64,000 nucleotides of DNA, taken from a virus. How positions within the stretch are numbered: position 1 is the stretch's first letter; every line of letters begins with the position of its first letter. The stretch covers positions 64,001 through 128,000 of the IMG/VR virus record IMGVR_UViG_3300049137_000157, one strand, 5' to 3'. The notes under the pieces were generated by a model that made no database searches, was not told the DNA's origin, and worked only from the letters and a program-made list of their open reading frames with translations. The position numbers and the translations under genes were made by a program. Shown one piece after another: positions 55,162-63,658 of this stretch.

Positions 55162-55677
55162 CTACGGTCCGTCCGGGCCCGACGAGTAGGGCGGGGGCAG
55201 GGTCTGCGGATGGGCCGCGTCCACGTCGCACAGGAGGTTTCGGATCCAGGCGTTCGACGACATGAGCGGGTTCCTCACATGGAAGATGTAGTTCGTCAGC
55301 TCCATGTCAGGAGGCGCGGACGTGACATGGACAATGTCACCGGCATGGATGGGCGGACATCCCCGGATGGGCACCTGGATGCGGACGGCGTGGACCGTGC
55401 CCATGTCACCTCGGCTGGTCCTCACGCGGGCGCGCCAGTCCTTGTTGTTGGCCACACGGGCTTGCCCCTCGTAGAGGGGGATCAGCTCGGGAAAGGTCGT
55501 CCCTCCCGAGCCGTCAGGAATCGTCAGCATGCCGCTGGCAGGGTCGAATCCGTAGTCGTTTCCGCTACCTGGTCGACGGAGGATTTTGACGATCGCGTTC
55601 ATGTGTCCGATGGGCACCGAACGCTGATGCCACGACCACCGTGGGTCGAGCGCCCTGCGTGAGTTGAGTGCGGCCAT
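55162..55677 (-). CDS. Head closure / head-tail adaptor (DUF6093-like)
   Basis: M.AIVKILR....YDP.SG......LYEG.ARV and I..GDIV.VT motifs; position after the connector. Confidence 0.7.
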   Translation of the reverse strand: MAALNSRRALDPRWSWHQRSVPIGHMNAIVKILRRPGSGNDYGFDPASGMLTIPDGSGGTTFPELIPLYEGQARVANNKDWRARVRTSRGDMGTVHAVRIQVPIRGCPPIHAGDIVHVTSAPPDMELTNYIFHVRNPLMSSNAWIRNLLCDVDAAHPQTLPPPYSSGPDGP

Positions 55678-55682
55678 GCCGC

Positions 55683-55883
55683 CTATTGTGCCGTCCGGAA
55701 GGAGAAGAGATCCCTTCGGATTCCTTCAAAGACCCGTCGGAGCCTTTCCGGAGCGCTCGGAGGGGCGTCTCCAGTCTGAGAGAACTCGACTTGTAAGCCG
55801 TCGCAACTGATGACACAGCCGCGACTGGACTCCCTGATGACGATCGGATCGGGGTACGTCTTCTCACCCATGCGGAACCTCAT
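55683..55883 (-). CDS. Possible small hypothetical protein
   Basis: 66-aa ORF filling the gap between two neck genes. Confidence 0.3.
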   Translation of the reverse strand: MRFRMGEKTYPDPIVIRESSRGCVISCDGLQVEFSQTGDAPPSAPERLRRVFEGIRRDLFSFRTAQ

Positions 55884-55968
55884 TCACCCGTAGTTCCGAG
55901 AACATACCCTTCTGGGATATTTCTCGTGAGGCTTTGATGCTTCCGATCCCAGATCCCGACGAGAATCA

Positions 55969-56460
55969 TCAGTAGAGCGACGTGAGCCAGCGTCCGATTC
56001 CAAGATTTGAAGCATAGGCCGGATCCACGGGAAACCCCCTGTTCCAGTAGGGGAGAGAGTCGATCGGATGAGGCTGGAAGTCCACGATCGCGAAGCCGCC
56101 GTCGGCCTCCTCGACCCTGTCCGCCTTGTCGTCGAGCTGCTTCGCACCGGCCAGCAGGGCGGTGGTGAGCTTCGCTCCGTCCGTCTGCAAGTCTTCCGTA
56201 CGGATGACCTTCTGGATCAGCCCTTCCGAGACGGCCACGGCCCGCAGGGCGGATGCAGCAGCGCGGTACACCCGAGGAGATCCCTCACCCTCCGCCGTCT
56301 GGTACAGGGCCTCCAGATGCGCGTCGGAGAACATGTACCCGGGGGTCCCCGAGTCCGTGTAATCCACCTGCTCGACATCGGGTATCTGGGCACGGATCTG
56401 ACCTATCGGACTTGACCAGTCCGGAGGGAAAACGTCGGGAGGTGAAGCCGGTGTAGTCAT
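55969..56460 (-). CDS. Head-tail connector (gp15-like adaptor)
   Basis: GQIRAQIPD....FSDAHLEAL...VYRAAASALRA..VSE...QKVIRTEDLQTDGAK; start re-picked at ATG 56460. Confidence 0.75.
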   Translation of the reverse strand: MTTPASPPDVFPPDWSSPIGQIRAQIPDVEQVDYTDSGTPGYMFSDAHLEALYQTAEGEGSPRVYRAAASALRAVAVSEGLIQKVIRTEDLQTDGAKLTTALLAGAKQLDDKADRVEEADGGFAIVDFQPHPIDSLPYWNRGFPVDPAYASNLGIGRWLTSLY

Positions 56461-56509
56461 GCTCAGGAGACTAGCTCGGAAAAGATCCAATGCGGCATAG
56501 CATCAGGAC

Positions 56510-57109
56510 GTGCTCCTTAGCGACTACCACCTGATCGCCGCGATCTCCACGCAGCGCATTTCCGTCGAGCCCTACAGCCCGAGGATGATCCAGCCCGCGT
56601 CCCTCGAAGTGAGTCTCGACCGAAGATTCCTGGTCTTCGACAGCCACCTCTACTCGCACATAGATCCGCAGGAAGAGCAGCCGGATCTGACGCGTCTCGT
56701 GGAGGTGGAGGACGACCAACCGTTCATTCTCCATCCCGGCGAGTTCGTCCTCGGCAGCGTCCTGGAGAAGACGACTCTCGGCAGTGACCTCGCAGCGCGC
56801 GTCGAAGGTAAAAGTTCCTTGGGGCGTCTCGGGCTTGTTGTTCATTCCACGGCGGGATTCATAGACCCGGGGTTCTCCGGTCACATCACGCTGGAGTTGT
56901 CCAACCTCGCCACCCTGCCGATCAAGCTGTGGCCCGGCATGAAGATCGGTCAACTCTGCTTCTTCGAACTGACAGGGCCAGCCGAGTTCCCCTACGGAAG
57001 CCCGGAACGCGGCTCCCACTACCAGGGGCAGTCCGGGCCCACGCCCTCCCGGTCATGGCAACGCTTCTATCGCAGCAAGATCCCGTCATCCGCAACCCGG
57101 CAGAGTTGA
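56510..57109 (+). CDS. dcd: dCTP deaminase
   Basis: MLLSD, QPASL...[48 protein letters not shown] and YQGQ motifs. Confidence 0.95.
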   Translation: MLLSDYHLIAAISTQRISVEPYSPRMIQPASLEVSLDRRFLVFDSHLYSHIDPQEEQPDLTRLVEVEDDQPFILHPGEFVLGSVLEKTTLGSDLAARVEGKSSLGRLGLVVHSTAGFIDPGFSGHITLELSNLATLPIKLWPGMKIGQLCFFELTGPAEFPYGSPERGSHYQGQSGPTPSRSWQRFYRSKIPSSATRQS

Positions 57110-57213
57110 TTCAGAATCGCTCCAGTGTCAGCGCTGACGGAATTCCGACCGGTCAGGGCCTCTACAGTGGATACCGCCCTTTCGGTGCTGAGGCTCCAAC
57201 CGGATGGCCGTGG

Positions 57214-57259
57214 CGCGGTCCCGCAGGCGTGATCCCTTTGGCGAGGGTGCGGGACCGCG
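57214..57259 (+). other. Stem-loop upstream of a small ORF
   Basis: Perfect 12-bp stem CGCGGTCCCGCA/TGCGGGACCGCG with an internal CCCT/AGGG hairpin. Confidence 0.5.
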
Positions 57260-57282
57260 TTTCACGTTGAAAGGAGCCCTTC

Positions 57283-57408
57283 GTGGCACGCATGCTCGGG
57301 ACTTGGTCGAAGCGCTGGTGCCCCGTCTGTCGAGGACCGGCCGGGATGGACTGCCTGGACACCTCCAGGCCGAAGAAGTCGCAGAGGGCCCGCGAGAACC
57401 GACAGTGA
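57283..57408 (+). CDS. 41-aa Cys-containing protein (not in the ORF track)
   Basis: RBS GAAAGGAG, then MARMLGTWSKRWCPVCRGPAGMDCLDTSRPKKSQRARENRQ*. Confidence 0.55.
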   Translation: MARMLGTWSKRWCPVCRGPAGMDCLDTSRPKKSQRARENRQ

Positions 57409-57440
57409 AAGAACGAGTCCAGGATTGGACATTGTCCAAA

Positions 57441-57486
57441 AACAGAACTGCCCCGGACGCGGTGATGCGTCCGGGGCAGTTCTGTT
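57441..57486. terminator. Bidirectional terminator
   Basis: Perfect 20-bp stem AACAGAACTGCCCCGGACGC/GCGTCCGGGGCAGTTCTGTT between convergent genes. Confidence 0.9.
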
Positions 57487-57510
57487 CGTCAAGCCATCAC
57501 CGCAAAGCGG

Positions 57511-57840
57511 CTACCGCTTGAGGTGGTACGTGGAGGTGCACGTGCCGTCCTCTCGTAGGATGCTGTTGCAGTCGCCCCATTCGGCAGGTTCCTTGCAGCG
57601 GGGGATCCGCGTGTCACCCAGCGCGCGAAGCGCTTCGGCCAGCCGGTGGGCAGCGTTTATGGCGGCCTGCCACGACTCGTCGGTGAAATGTCCGTAACGC
57701 CGGTAGGAGTCCTTGTGAGCAAGTCGGGCTGCCGCGAACCCCTCCTGCGCGGGGCGGACCTCCGGGTGCAGCCACCCGAAGGCCAGGGTGGCTTCGTCGA
57801 GCATGGACAGGCCGCCTGTGTTGTGCGGGTGACCGTCCAT
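57511..57840 (-). CDS. Hypothetical protein
   Basis: Start re-picked at ATG 57840 after GGAGG. Confidence 0.5.
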   Translation of the reverse strand: MDGHPHNTGGLSMLDEATLAFGWLHPEVRPAQEGFAAARLAHKDSYRRYGHFTDESWQAAINAAHRLAEALRALGDTRIPRCKEPAEWGDCNSILREDGTCTSTYHLKR

Positions 57841-57881
57841 GACCTCCAGGGCTTCTGCCAACTCCCGGGCGCTGCGATCCT

Positions 57882-58112
57882 TCAGCACGCCGACCCCTCT
57901 CCCTTCGATGCCTGGATGATGTCGACCTGCTGCTCCCACGGCAGGTCGTGCAAGAACTGAGCCAAGCCGTAAAGCCTCGACTTGGCGGCACGCGCCTCGA
58001 TCTCGTTGCTGGCAGGCAAGGGGACCCAGGTGGCGGTGCACCACGGGGCACCCATGAAGCAGTGCAGCGCTCCGTGCGAGAAGCACCAGGCGTACTGAAG
58101 CGCCTCGGTCAT
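57882..58112 (-). CDS. Hypothetical protein
   Basis: 76 aa, WCFSHG.LH.F....WCTA.WV motif. Confidence 0.55.
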   Translation of the reverse strand: MTEALQYAWCFSHGALHCFMGAPWCTATWVPLPASNEIEARAAKSRLYGLAQFLHDLPWEQQVDIIQASKGEGSAC

Positions 58113-58122
58113 GAACGGTTCC

Positions 58123-58590
58123 TCACTCGTTCGTCAGAGACTGGGTCATCAGGTTCACGGACCGGGTGAGGGGCGGGTAGTCCGCATCCACACCGCCCAC
58201 CGTCGCGTCGACGACCCAGGTCGTCACGGCGTACTCGAAGTCCTGCCGGATCCGGTGGTACTCGCTCACGGCCGAACGGATGTAGTCGACGGCGGCCGAG
58301 CTGTACCGGGTGTACTCGGTGGTGCACGTCAGCATCTCCGCCAGCAGAGCATCGACGGCCTCGTGCCACTCGTTGAGCAGCTTCGCCTGTTCCTTCAGCA
58401 TCAGACGGGTGTTGCCCGGCCCGAACTCACGGGCGTACCACTGGAGGTACGTGAGGTCGAACAGGTCGAAACCGTCACGCAGGCCACCCTTCTCCACCAC
58501 GCCTTCGTAGCGGCCGATCGCCGCCTTCTCTCCGTAGGTGGTGACGGTGAAGATCTCCGCCTTGCTCTCCTGAACCTCTTGCTCACCCAT
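58123..58590 (-). CDS. Hypothetical protein
   Basis: RBS AAAGGAG; 155 aa. Confidence 0.6.
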   Translation of the reverse strand: MGEQEVQESKAEIFTVTTYGEKAAIGRYEGVVEKGGLRDGFDLFDLTYLQWYAREFGPGNTRLMLKEQAKLLNEWHEAVDALLAEMLTCTTEYTRYSSAAVDYIRSAVSEYHRIRQDFEYAVTTWVVDATVGGVDADYPPLTRSVNLMTQSLTNE

Positions 58591-58618
58591 GTTTCTTCTC
58601 CTTTCAGTCGACGTTGCT

Positions 58619-59353
58619 CTACTTGTCGGACTTCATGTCGGACGGGTACTGCGTGCACATGAAGCACCTGCCGTCGATGGTTCCGGCGTCCGGGTGCCGC
58701 GTGCACTTCTCGTAGAGCCCGAGGTTCTCGGTCTCGATCACAAGCTGAACGAGCGCCTTCTCGTGGGAGCACCCCGTCCCCGCGCACTGACCCCCCTCGC
58801 AGGGCTCGGACGCGGCTGCTTCGACAGGGCCCCGGGTACAGGCGCAGTCGCCAGAACCGGCCTCACCGCTGACGGGTCCCACGCACCCTTCCCACTCGTC
58901 GTGCCAGTCGGCGCGGTGGCCGCAGTACCCGCAGGGCATCTCATCGTTGACCTGCACAGTTGTCGGACGCAGGGCCCTGCCGACTGCGGTGTACAGCGTG
59001 CCCCAGTGGCCACTGTCCGGGTCGTTGCGCTGGATGGCCACGTTCACCCGGCTCATCAGGTCGGCGAACGTGCGGTCGCATCGGTGGCACCACCCGTTGA
59101 ACGCGCAGTGCTGGGTGGTGCGACAGGGCTTCCAGCCGTCCGGCGGCAGAGTTCCGTCAAGGTACGACAGCAGCATGTCGCTGGCGACACCCGCGAGGAG
59201 CGTGGCGTCGGTCTTCTCGCTTGCCGCGTTCTGCCACAGGCGGGCGAGATCCCGCACCCGGTCCAGTCGGGCGATCAGGCCGTCTCGGTCCTTCTCGATC
59301 TCCTGGGCCTTCGCCTTCCAGATGTCGCTTCGGCGCTGCTCCTTGTCAGACAC
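58619..59353 (-). CDS. Hypothetical mosaic Cys-rich protein
   Basis: Coiled-coil start followed by several CxxC/CxC/H clusters; start re-picked at GTG 59353. Confidence 0.55.
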   Translation of the reverse strand: MSDKEQRRSDIWKAKAQEIEKDRDGLIARLDRVRDLARLWQNAASEKTDATLLAGVASDMLLSYLDGTLPPDGWKPCRTTQHCAFNGWCHRCDRTFADLMSRVNVAIQRNDPDSGHWGTLYTAVGRALRPTTVQVNDEMPCGYCGHRADWHDEWEGCVGPVSGEAGSGDCACTRGPVEAAASEPCEGGQCAGTGCSHEKALVQLVIETENLGLYEKCTRHPDAGTIDGRCFMCTQYPSDMKSDK

Positions 59354-59561
59354 GGGTTGCTCCTTGTCGCTTGAGGGTGGCGATGCACTTGGTGCAGGTG
59401 ACCGGGTGATCACCGGGCAGCCACGTGTGGTCGATCCCGGGATCCAGCCAGACCAGACAGGCGGTGTTGTGGCCGCCCGCCAGGATGCTTCGGGCTGCAT
59501 GGACGGGGTCCATGCCGGGGTAGCGGACCCTCTCGGGGAATTCGACGGGGGGCAGAACCAT
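59346..59561 (-). CDS. Small Cys/His protein
   Basis: RBS GAGGAG; VH...HNTAC...VTCTKC. Confidence 0.5.
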   Translation of the reverse strand: MVLPPVEFPERVRYPGMDPVHAARSILAGGHNTACLVWLDPGIDHTWLPGDHPVTCTKCIATLKRQGATRV

Positions 59562-59627
59562 GGGGGTCTCCTCAGGGTTGAGTGCGTGATTTACCTTCGG
59601 TGATCGCGGCGCAGTAGAAGGCGAACC

Positions 59628-59960
59628 TCAAGGCCCCTCCAGGTCATCCAGTTCACCGGCCAGCACCTTGCGTCCGTTCTTGGTGAGGGTGACCGGCTCG
59701 TGCCAGTCGCTGAACTCGTTTCCGCCGTCGATCCGGGGGCCGTGTTCCACGAGACCCAGCGCGACGAGAGCGGACAGGGTGGGCCGGGGGATGGTGATCC
59801 ACGTGGAGGGGGTCCGCTCCTGCGACGTGTACGACCGGTAGTACGTGTACCGGGTTCGGTCGGTACCGGGGATGTTCTGGTGAATGACGCGATAGTTCCC
59901 GACGGTGCGCAAGGCGTTGAAGCGCGCCACCGTCATCTTCTTCCTTGGAGCGTCGAGCAC
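59628..59960 (-). CDS. Hypothetical winged-helix-like protein
   Basis: PTLSALVALGLVE...VTLTKNGRKVL. Confidence 0.5.
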   Translation of the reverse strand: MLDAPRKKMTVARFNALRTVGNYRVIHQNIPGTDRTRYTYYRSYTSQERTPSTWITIPRPTLSALVALGLVEHGPRIDGGNEFSDWHEPVTLTKNGRKVLAGELDDLEGP

Positions 59961-59980
59961 GTGTCTTCTCCTTTCGCCCG

Positions 59981-60337
59981 TCAGTCGACGGGTCGGTTTC
60001 GGCGGACTCGGGGCCGACCGTTGCGCTCCAACAGTCGGTAGAGCCGCGAGGGGGCCATGGCGGCGGCGATACCGATCGCCTTACGGTCCGCGTTGGGGCT
60101 GGTCAGGTCCGCCTTGACGATGGCTTGCTCCCAGAACAGGTCCAAGTGGCGACGGACCTGAGACGTCCTGCTGAGCGTGGCGGTCAGTTCCTCGAAGGAC
60201 CGCGCGTGACGAGGCGGGTCCACCGTTGTCGACTGCTTCAGGGCCGCGAGAATCGCGTCCGCGAGATCCGGGTCGACATCGGAGACCGTCTCGTTGTTGC
60301 CCTCGGCGTCGTGGAACGTGATGACCTTCTTGTTCAT
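59981..60337 (-). CDS. Small regulator with C-terminal HTH, probably leaderless
   Basis: RKAIGIAAAMAPSRLYRLL; promoter-like TTGTGT-N17-TAACGT lies 7 nt before the ATG. Confidence 0.6.
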   Translation of the reverse strand: MNKKVITFHDAEGNNETVSDVDPDLADAILAALKQSTTVDPPRHARSFEELTATLSRTSQVRRHLDLFWEQAIVKADLTSPNADRKAIGIAAAMAPSRLYRLLERNGRPRVRRNRPVD

Positions 60338-60344
60338 GTACCGA

Positions 60345-60373
60345 ACGTTACACGACTACCGATCGGTACACAA
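60345..60373 (-). promoter_or_regulatory. Promoter with the 12-bp palindrome TACCGATCGGTA (60357-60368)
   Basis: -35 at 60373-60368 and -10 at 60350-60345; the dyad lies across the spacer. Confidence 0.55.
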
Positions 60374-60406
60374 GAAGTTTCCGTACAACGTGCCACCGTT
60401 GACCGC

Positions 60407-60640
60407 GTGAGTGCATACGAAGACGACCCGACGCTCTATCCGCCGCAGCCCGACCCACCCGACGACCCCAGATTTGAGTGGATCGACGTGCAGGGCTTCG
60501 GCGACGAGGGCCCCAACTGGATCAGGGGTGCCTGTCGCCACCTGTTGTTCTCTGCGGAGTTCAGCGCCGACGGCAGGGGGCTCGCGGGCTTCCCCTGTCC
60601 GGACTGCGGGCGACGACTTCCGCCTGAGGGCAGCCCTTGA
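60407..60640 (+). CDS. Small hypothetical protein with CxH...CxxC
   Basis: WIDVQGFG...WIRGACRH...CPDCG; divergent from the HTH gene. Confidence 0.5.
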   Translation: MSAYEDDPTLYPPQPDPPDDPRFEWIDVQGFGDEGPNWIRGACRHLLFSAEFSADGRGLAGFPCPDCGRRLPPEGSP

Positions 60641-60647
60641 AACGCCT

Positions 60648-60690
60648 CAGCGCCCGCCAGGAAAACGAGAAAGAAACCTGGCGGGCGCTG
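60648..60690. terminator. Hairpin terminator closing the RiPP operon
   Basis: 14-bp stem CAGCGCCCGCCAGG/CCTGGCGGGCGCTG. Confidence 0.7.
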
Positions 60691-60819
60691 AAGGTTCATC
60701 TTGTCGTCGCGGGGACCATTTCCGTTTGCCCCGGGCGGCCCACGACGACATCCACTTCGCTCAACAGGTGAACCGAGAGCGTGGCCACCCTACTGAACTT
60801 GTAGACATGGAGGCAACGT

Positions 60820-61728
60820 TCAGCCGGAGAGCAGGTCGGCTATCGCCCGGGAGATGGGTTGCCCGGTGGCCAGCTCGATGAACCCGAACTGACCTCCCGG
60901 GTTGCACTCCAGGAACCACCACCGACCCTCGCGGTCCACGACGAAGTCGAACGCCCCGTAGGTCAGACCACTCAGCCCCATGAACGCGTTGACCGCAGCC
61001 TCCACGTACGGGGGTGTCGGAACTTCCTTCCACTGCACCCCTTCGGTGAACCGGACGTCCGCGTCGGCGCACTGGGCCTCGGCGCAGAACATCTCGGTGC
61101 CCACGACCGTGAGCCGGATGTCCGCGATCTTCTCCACGGCCTGCTGAAAACAGGTCGGAGACCCCGCAACCGAGGACAGGTCGACGTCGGGGGAGATCCG
61201 CGCAGTCGGCAGGGCAACGCCATCCGGCTGGCGGCCGGACACCGTCTTGCACACCATCGGACCATTGTGACTCCGAAAGTACCTGGCCTCGACATCGCAT
61301 GTCGTGACCAAGGTGGGGGGAGTGAGCAGTCCGGCCCGGTGGGCGAGGAGGAGCTGAGGCGTCTTGTAGCGAGCCCTCTCGTGGGCCTCCGGGTCATTGA
61401 CCCACCGGACCCCCGGCAAGGCCCTCAGGGAGCCGTAGAAGGCGTGCAGAGCTTCGTGCGCGGACCACTCCTGATGCGCCCCGGGAACCGCGCCAGGGAG
61501 CCCCGGGCGGCGCACCCAGACCGACCTGATCGACGACAGCAGGAGCCTGCGACGTCCGTCCCAGAGGTACCCATCGACCACCCCGTGCTCAGTGACAGAG
61601 GTGAGGTCGACCCGGCCCGGAAAATCGGCCGGGTCGACCCTGAAGACAGGCGTACCGGCCTGGTGGAGCTGGTGCACCACCATGTCCGCAGTCACGTCTT
61701 CCGGGCACGTGAGCACCAGCACCGTCAT
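60820..61728 (-). CDS. tgmB: ATP-grasp ribosomal peptide maturase (graspetide synthetase-like)
   Basis: YKTPQL..A...GL.TPPTLVT, VCKTVS, CFQQAVEK.ADIRLTVVG and YGAFDF...G.WWFLECNP.GQF motifs. Confidence 0.88.
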   Translation of the reverse strand: MTVLVLTCPEDVTADMVVHQLHQAGTPVFRVDPADFPGRVDLTSVTEHGVVDGYLWDGRRRLLLSSIRSVWVRRPGLPGAVPGAHQEWSAHEALHAFYGSLRALPGVRWVNDPEAHERARYKTPQLLLAHRAGLLTPPTLVTTCDVEARYFRSHNGPMVCKTVSGRQPDGVALPTARISPDVDLSSVAGSPTCFQQAVEKIADIRLTVVGTEMFCAEAQCADADVRFTEGVQWKEVPTPPYVEAAVNAFMGLSGLTYGAFDFVVDREGRWWFLECNPGGQFGFIELATGQPISRAIADLLSG

Positions 61729-61737
61729 GGCGAGGCC

Positions 61738-61920
61738 CTAGTCGTCGAAGTGGGTCTTCGACCCGGCCGTGGAGGTGGTGGTGCTGTAGAGCGAGGTGTC
61801 CGAACCAACCACTGCGGGTGTGCCATCGGACAAGATGTTGAGCTGGCGCTCCTGGTCGTAGACGTACGGAGCGGCCGAGACGCTGTGCGTCGGGACGGCG
61901 TAGTTCAGAGCGAAGTGCAC
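61738..61920 (-). CDS. tgmA: Putative ATP-grasp-modified RiPP precursor (60 aa)
   Basis: Immediately upstream of the ligase; leader-like PFAL/YVYD..RQLN segment and S/T-rich core STTTSTAGSKTHFDD ending in DD; RBS GGAGTG. Confidence 0.82.
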   Translation of the reverse strand: MHFALNYAVPTHSVSAAPYVYDQERQLNILSDGTPAVVGSDTSLYSTTTSTAGSKTHFDD

Positions 61921-61974
61921 GGAGGTTCACTCCCTACGGGGATGAGTTTGCGAAAACTCCGGCAGCAGGGCGTC

Positions 61975-62328
61975 TCAGGAGAACATCACCAGTAGGACGT
62001 CACTTCGCCGGAGGGTGTTCCTCAGGTCCTCGAACTCGTGCTCATCAAGGCCCGTGTGCGCTCGGGACGGGATGGCAACAACTTCCGCTTCCCCGGAAGT
62101 GTGGTCGAGGACCTTCCGCCATCCTCTCCGATGATCCAGAGAGGCGTGGGGGTCTTCTTCGATCACGGTGGCCACGTGCGGCCATCCTCGGAACCGTGTG
62201 TACTCCTCCGCCTTACGGGTCAAGCGCTCCCGGGCGGCCTCGTCGGAGGTGCAGATGTATGCGACGACGGGCGTAGGCCCGTGGCGGCAGGGACGGTCGT
62301 CGTGACACCCGTACATGAGGTGAGACAT
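61975..62328 (-). CDS. Serine-recombinase (resolvase) catalytic-domain-like small protein, probably degenerate
   Basis: VVAYI, GWPHV..VIEED, RRGWRKVL and VVAIPSR...G motifs echo the resolvase N-domain; no YxRxS and no HTH; ATG after GAGGAG. Confidence 0.5.
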   Translation of the reverse strand: MSHLMYGCHDDRPCRHGPTPVVAYICTSDEAARERLTRKAEEYTRFRGWPHVATVIEEDPHASLDHRRGWRKVLDHTSGEAEVVAIPSRAHTGLDEHEFEDLRNTLRRSDVLLVMFS

Positions 62329-62440
62329 CGGGCTCCTCGGGTCGACCGGCGACAAACTCTGACGGAAGTTCACCAGGTATCTCCGGTCGTACCGCAAGAG
62401 TAGAGCCGCGAATTCACTCGAAGGAAGGCCCGGTCGAGAG

Positions 62441-62456
62441 AGTGGCATATGCCACT
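62441..62456. promoter_or_regulatory. 16-bp perfect palindrome AGTGGCATATGCCACT
   Basis: Upstream of the recombinase-like/RiPP gene run. Confidence 0.55.
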
Positions 62457-62493
62457 TTTCCAGCCGGGCCTTCTGTGTGCTGACCTGCGGAAA

Positions 62494-62946
62494 CTACTTC
62501 TTGGGTGGATCTTCCCGAGTGGTCCGCCGGGCACTCAGGCTGGAAACCCCACGACTGAGCGAGTCGGCGCGGTCCGCTGCGGCCAGAAGCACCATCGCCA
62601 AGCGACGGGCGTCGGTCGGGTGCATGGCCACGAAGTCGAGCTGACGCTCCCAGTCGGCCAGCACGTACGGATCCGGCTGGGCGACGTAGACGCTGTCTCG
62701 GGCCTCCGTCTCGTCCACCGACCGCACGACCCACATCGGCGGCCGATGGGCGAAGGGTGCGTGCTGCACCACCCTCCACTCGGCCCCGGCCATGGAATGT
62801 CCTGGCGGGTTGATGATGTCTGGCTTAGGGCGTTCTGCGCTCTCCGCGATGGCGACGAGCCGGTGCAGCTCTTCGCGGAGATCACCCAGCTTGAGATCGT
62901 CGAAGCCGGTCACTGGCCGGAGGTTCGCTTCTGCTGCTCCCGCCAC
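62494..62946 (-). CDS. Hypothetical protein
   Basis: 150-aa ORF; start uncertain because of overlap with the next ORF. Confidence 0.5.
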   Translation of the reverse strand: MAGAAEANLRPVTGFDDLKLGDLREELHRLVAIAESAERPKPDIINPPGHSMAGAEWRVVQHAPFAHRPPMWVVRSVDETEARDSVYVAQPDPYVLADWERQLDFVAMHPTDARRLAMVLLAAADRADSLSRGVSSLSARRTTREDPPKK

Positions 62947-63107
62947 TCCAGGCGCAGCTCACGGAGATCGTTGCAGATCCCGTCGTAGACGCCTTTCGCG
63001 CGCACGAGAGTCTTTCGCGCATCTTCGGCGTCAGCTTCCAGACGCCTCTTTTGGTTTTCGTACTCTTTTTCGGTCATCACGTGACCTCCCCTTCCGATTG
63101 CAGCCAA
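62910..63107 (-). CDS. Small coiled-coil protein
   Basis: RBS GGGAGG before MTEKEYENQK... Confidence 0.45.
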   Translation of the reverse strand: MAAIGRGGHVMTEKEYENQKRRLEADAEDARKTLVRAKGVYDGICNDLRELRLEWREQQKRTSGQ

Positions 63108-63658
63108 TTCAGCCCGAACGCCTCCAGAACTGAGGCAGAGACGGGGGATCCTGCGACTTCCATTTCATCGACGAGCCGTAGGGCCCGATCGGCGATCACC
63201 AGCTCCCGGGGGACGGGCGCAACGTCGTCGCCGAGGCCACGGAGGAACTCCGCGACCCTGGACCAGGAGTAGAGCGAGGTTCCCCCCACCTTCTCTTCAG
63301 GTTGCGGAAATCCTCCCGGACCTCTTTGTCCCTTTGACAGTTGCACCAGTGACTGTCGGCTTCTCCCTGCCCGTTGTGCGGCGATGTCCAGGGTTACTGT
63401 GTCGTCGTGGATCACGCGCGATGCGCGAAGCCCTTCCATCCGGCGGATCTGTCGAGAGACCAGCGCGATGGCCTCAAGGATCGAGTCAGCCTCCACGTCG
63501 CAGTACAGCTCCGACACGCCAGGGCCGCCCGTGGTGTAAGAAATGGATCCGTCTGCGAAGAGCGAAAACCATCCGTTGGCGTTGAAGTCGATCAGGTTGG
63601 TCTCAGCTCGGGTCAGTTGCCGATTGAGAGCCAGAGCGAAGGTCCATTCGACAGACAC
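63077..63658 (-). CDS. HicB-like / HTH DNA-binding protein
   Basis: DVEADSILEAIALV N-domain, then VTLDIAAQRAGRSRQSLVQLSKGQRGPGGFPQP and LYSWSRV; start re-picked at GTG 63658. Confidence 0.6.
   Translation of the reverse strand: MSVEWTFALALNRQLTRAETNLIDFNANGWFSLFADGSISYTTGGPGVSELYCDVEADSILEAIALVSRQIRRMEGLRASRVIHDDTVTLDIAAQRAGRSRQSLVQLSKGQRGPGGFPQPEEKVGGTSLYSWSRVAEFLRGLGDDVAPVPRELVIADRALRLVDEMEVAGSPVSASVLEAFGLNWLQSEGEVT

Noticed and set aside
57259-57273. GTTTCACGTTGAAAG resembling Streptomyces parS
   Set aside because: An extra base breaks the dyad, the last base mismatches, and it overlaps an RBS.
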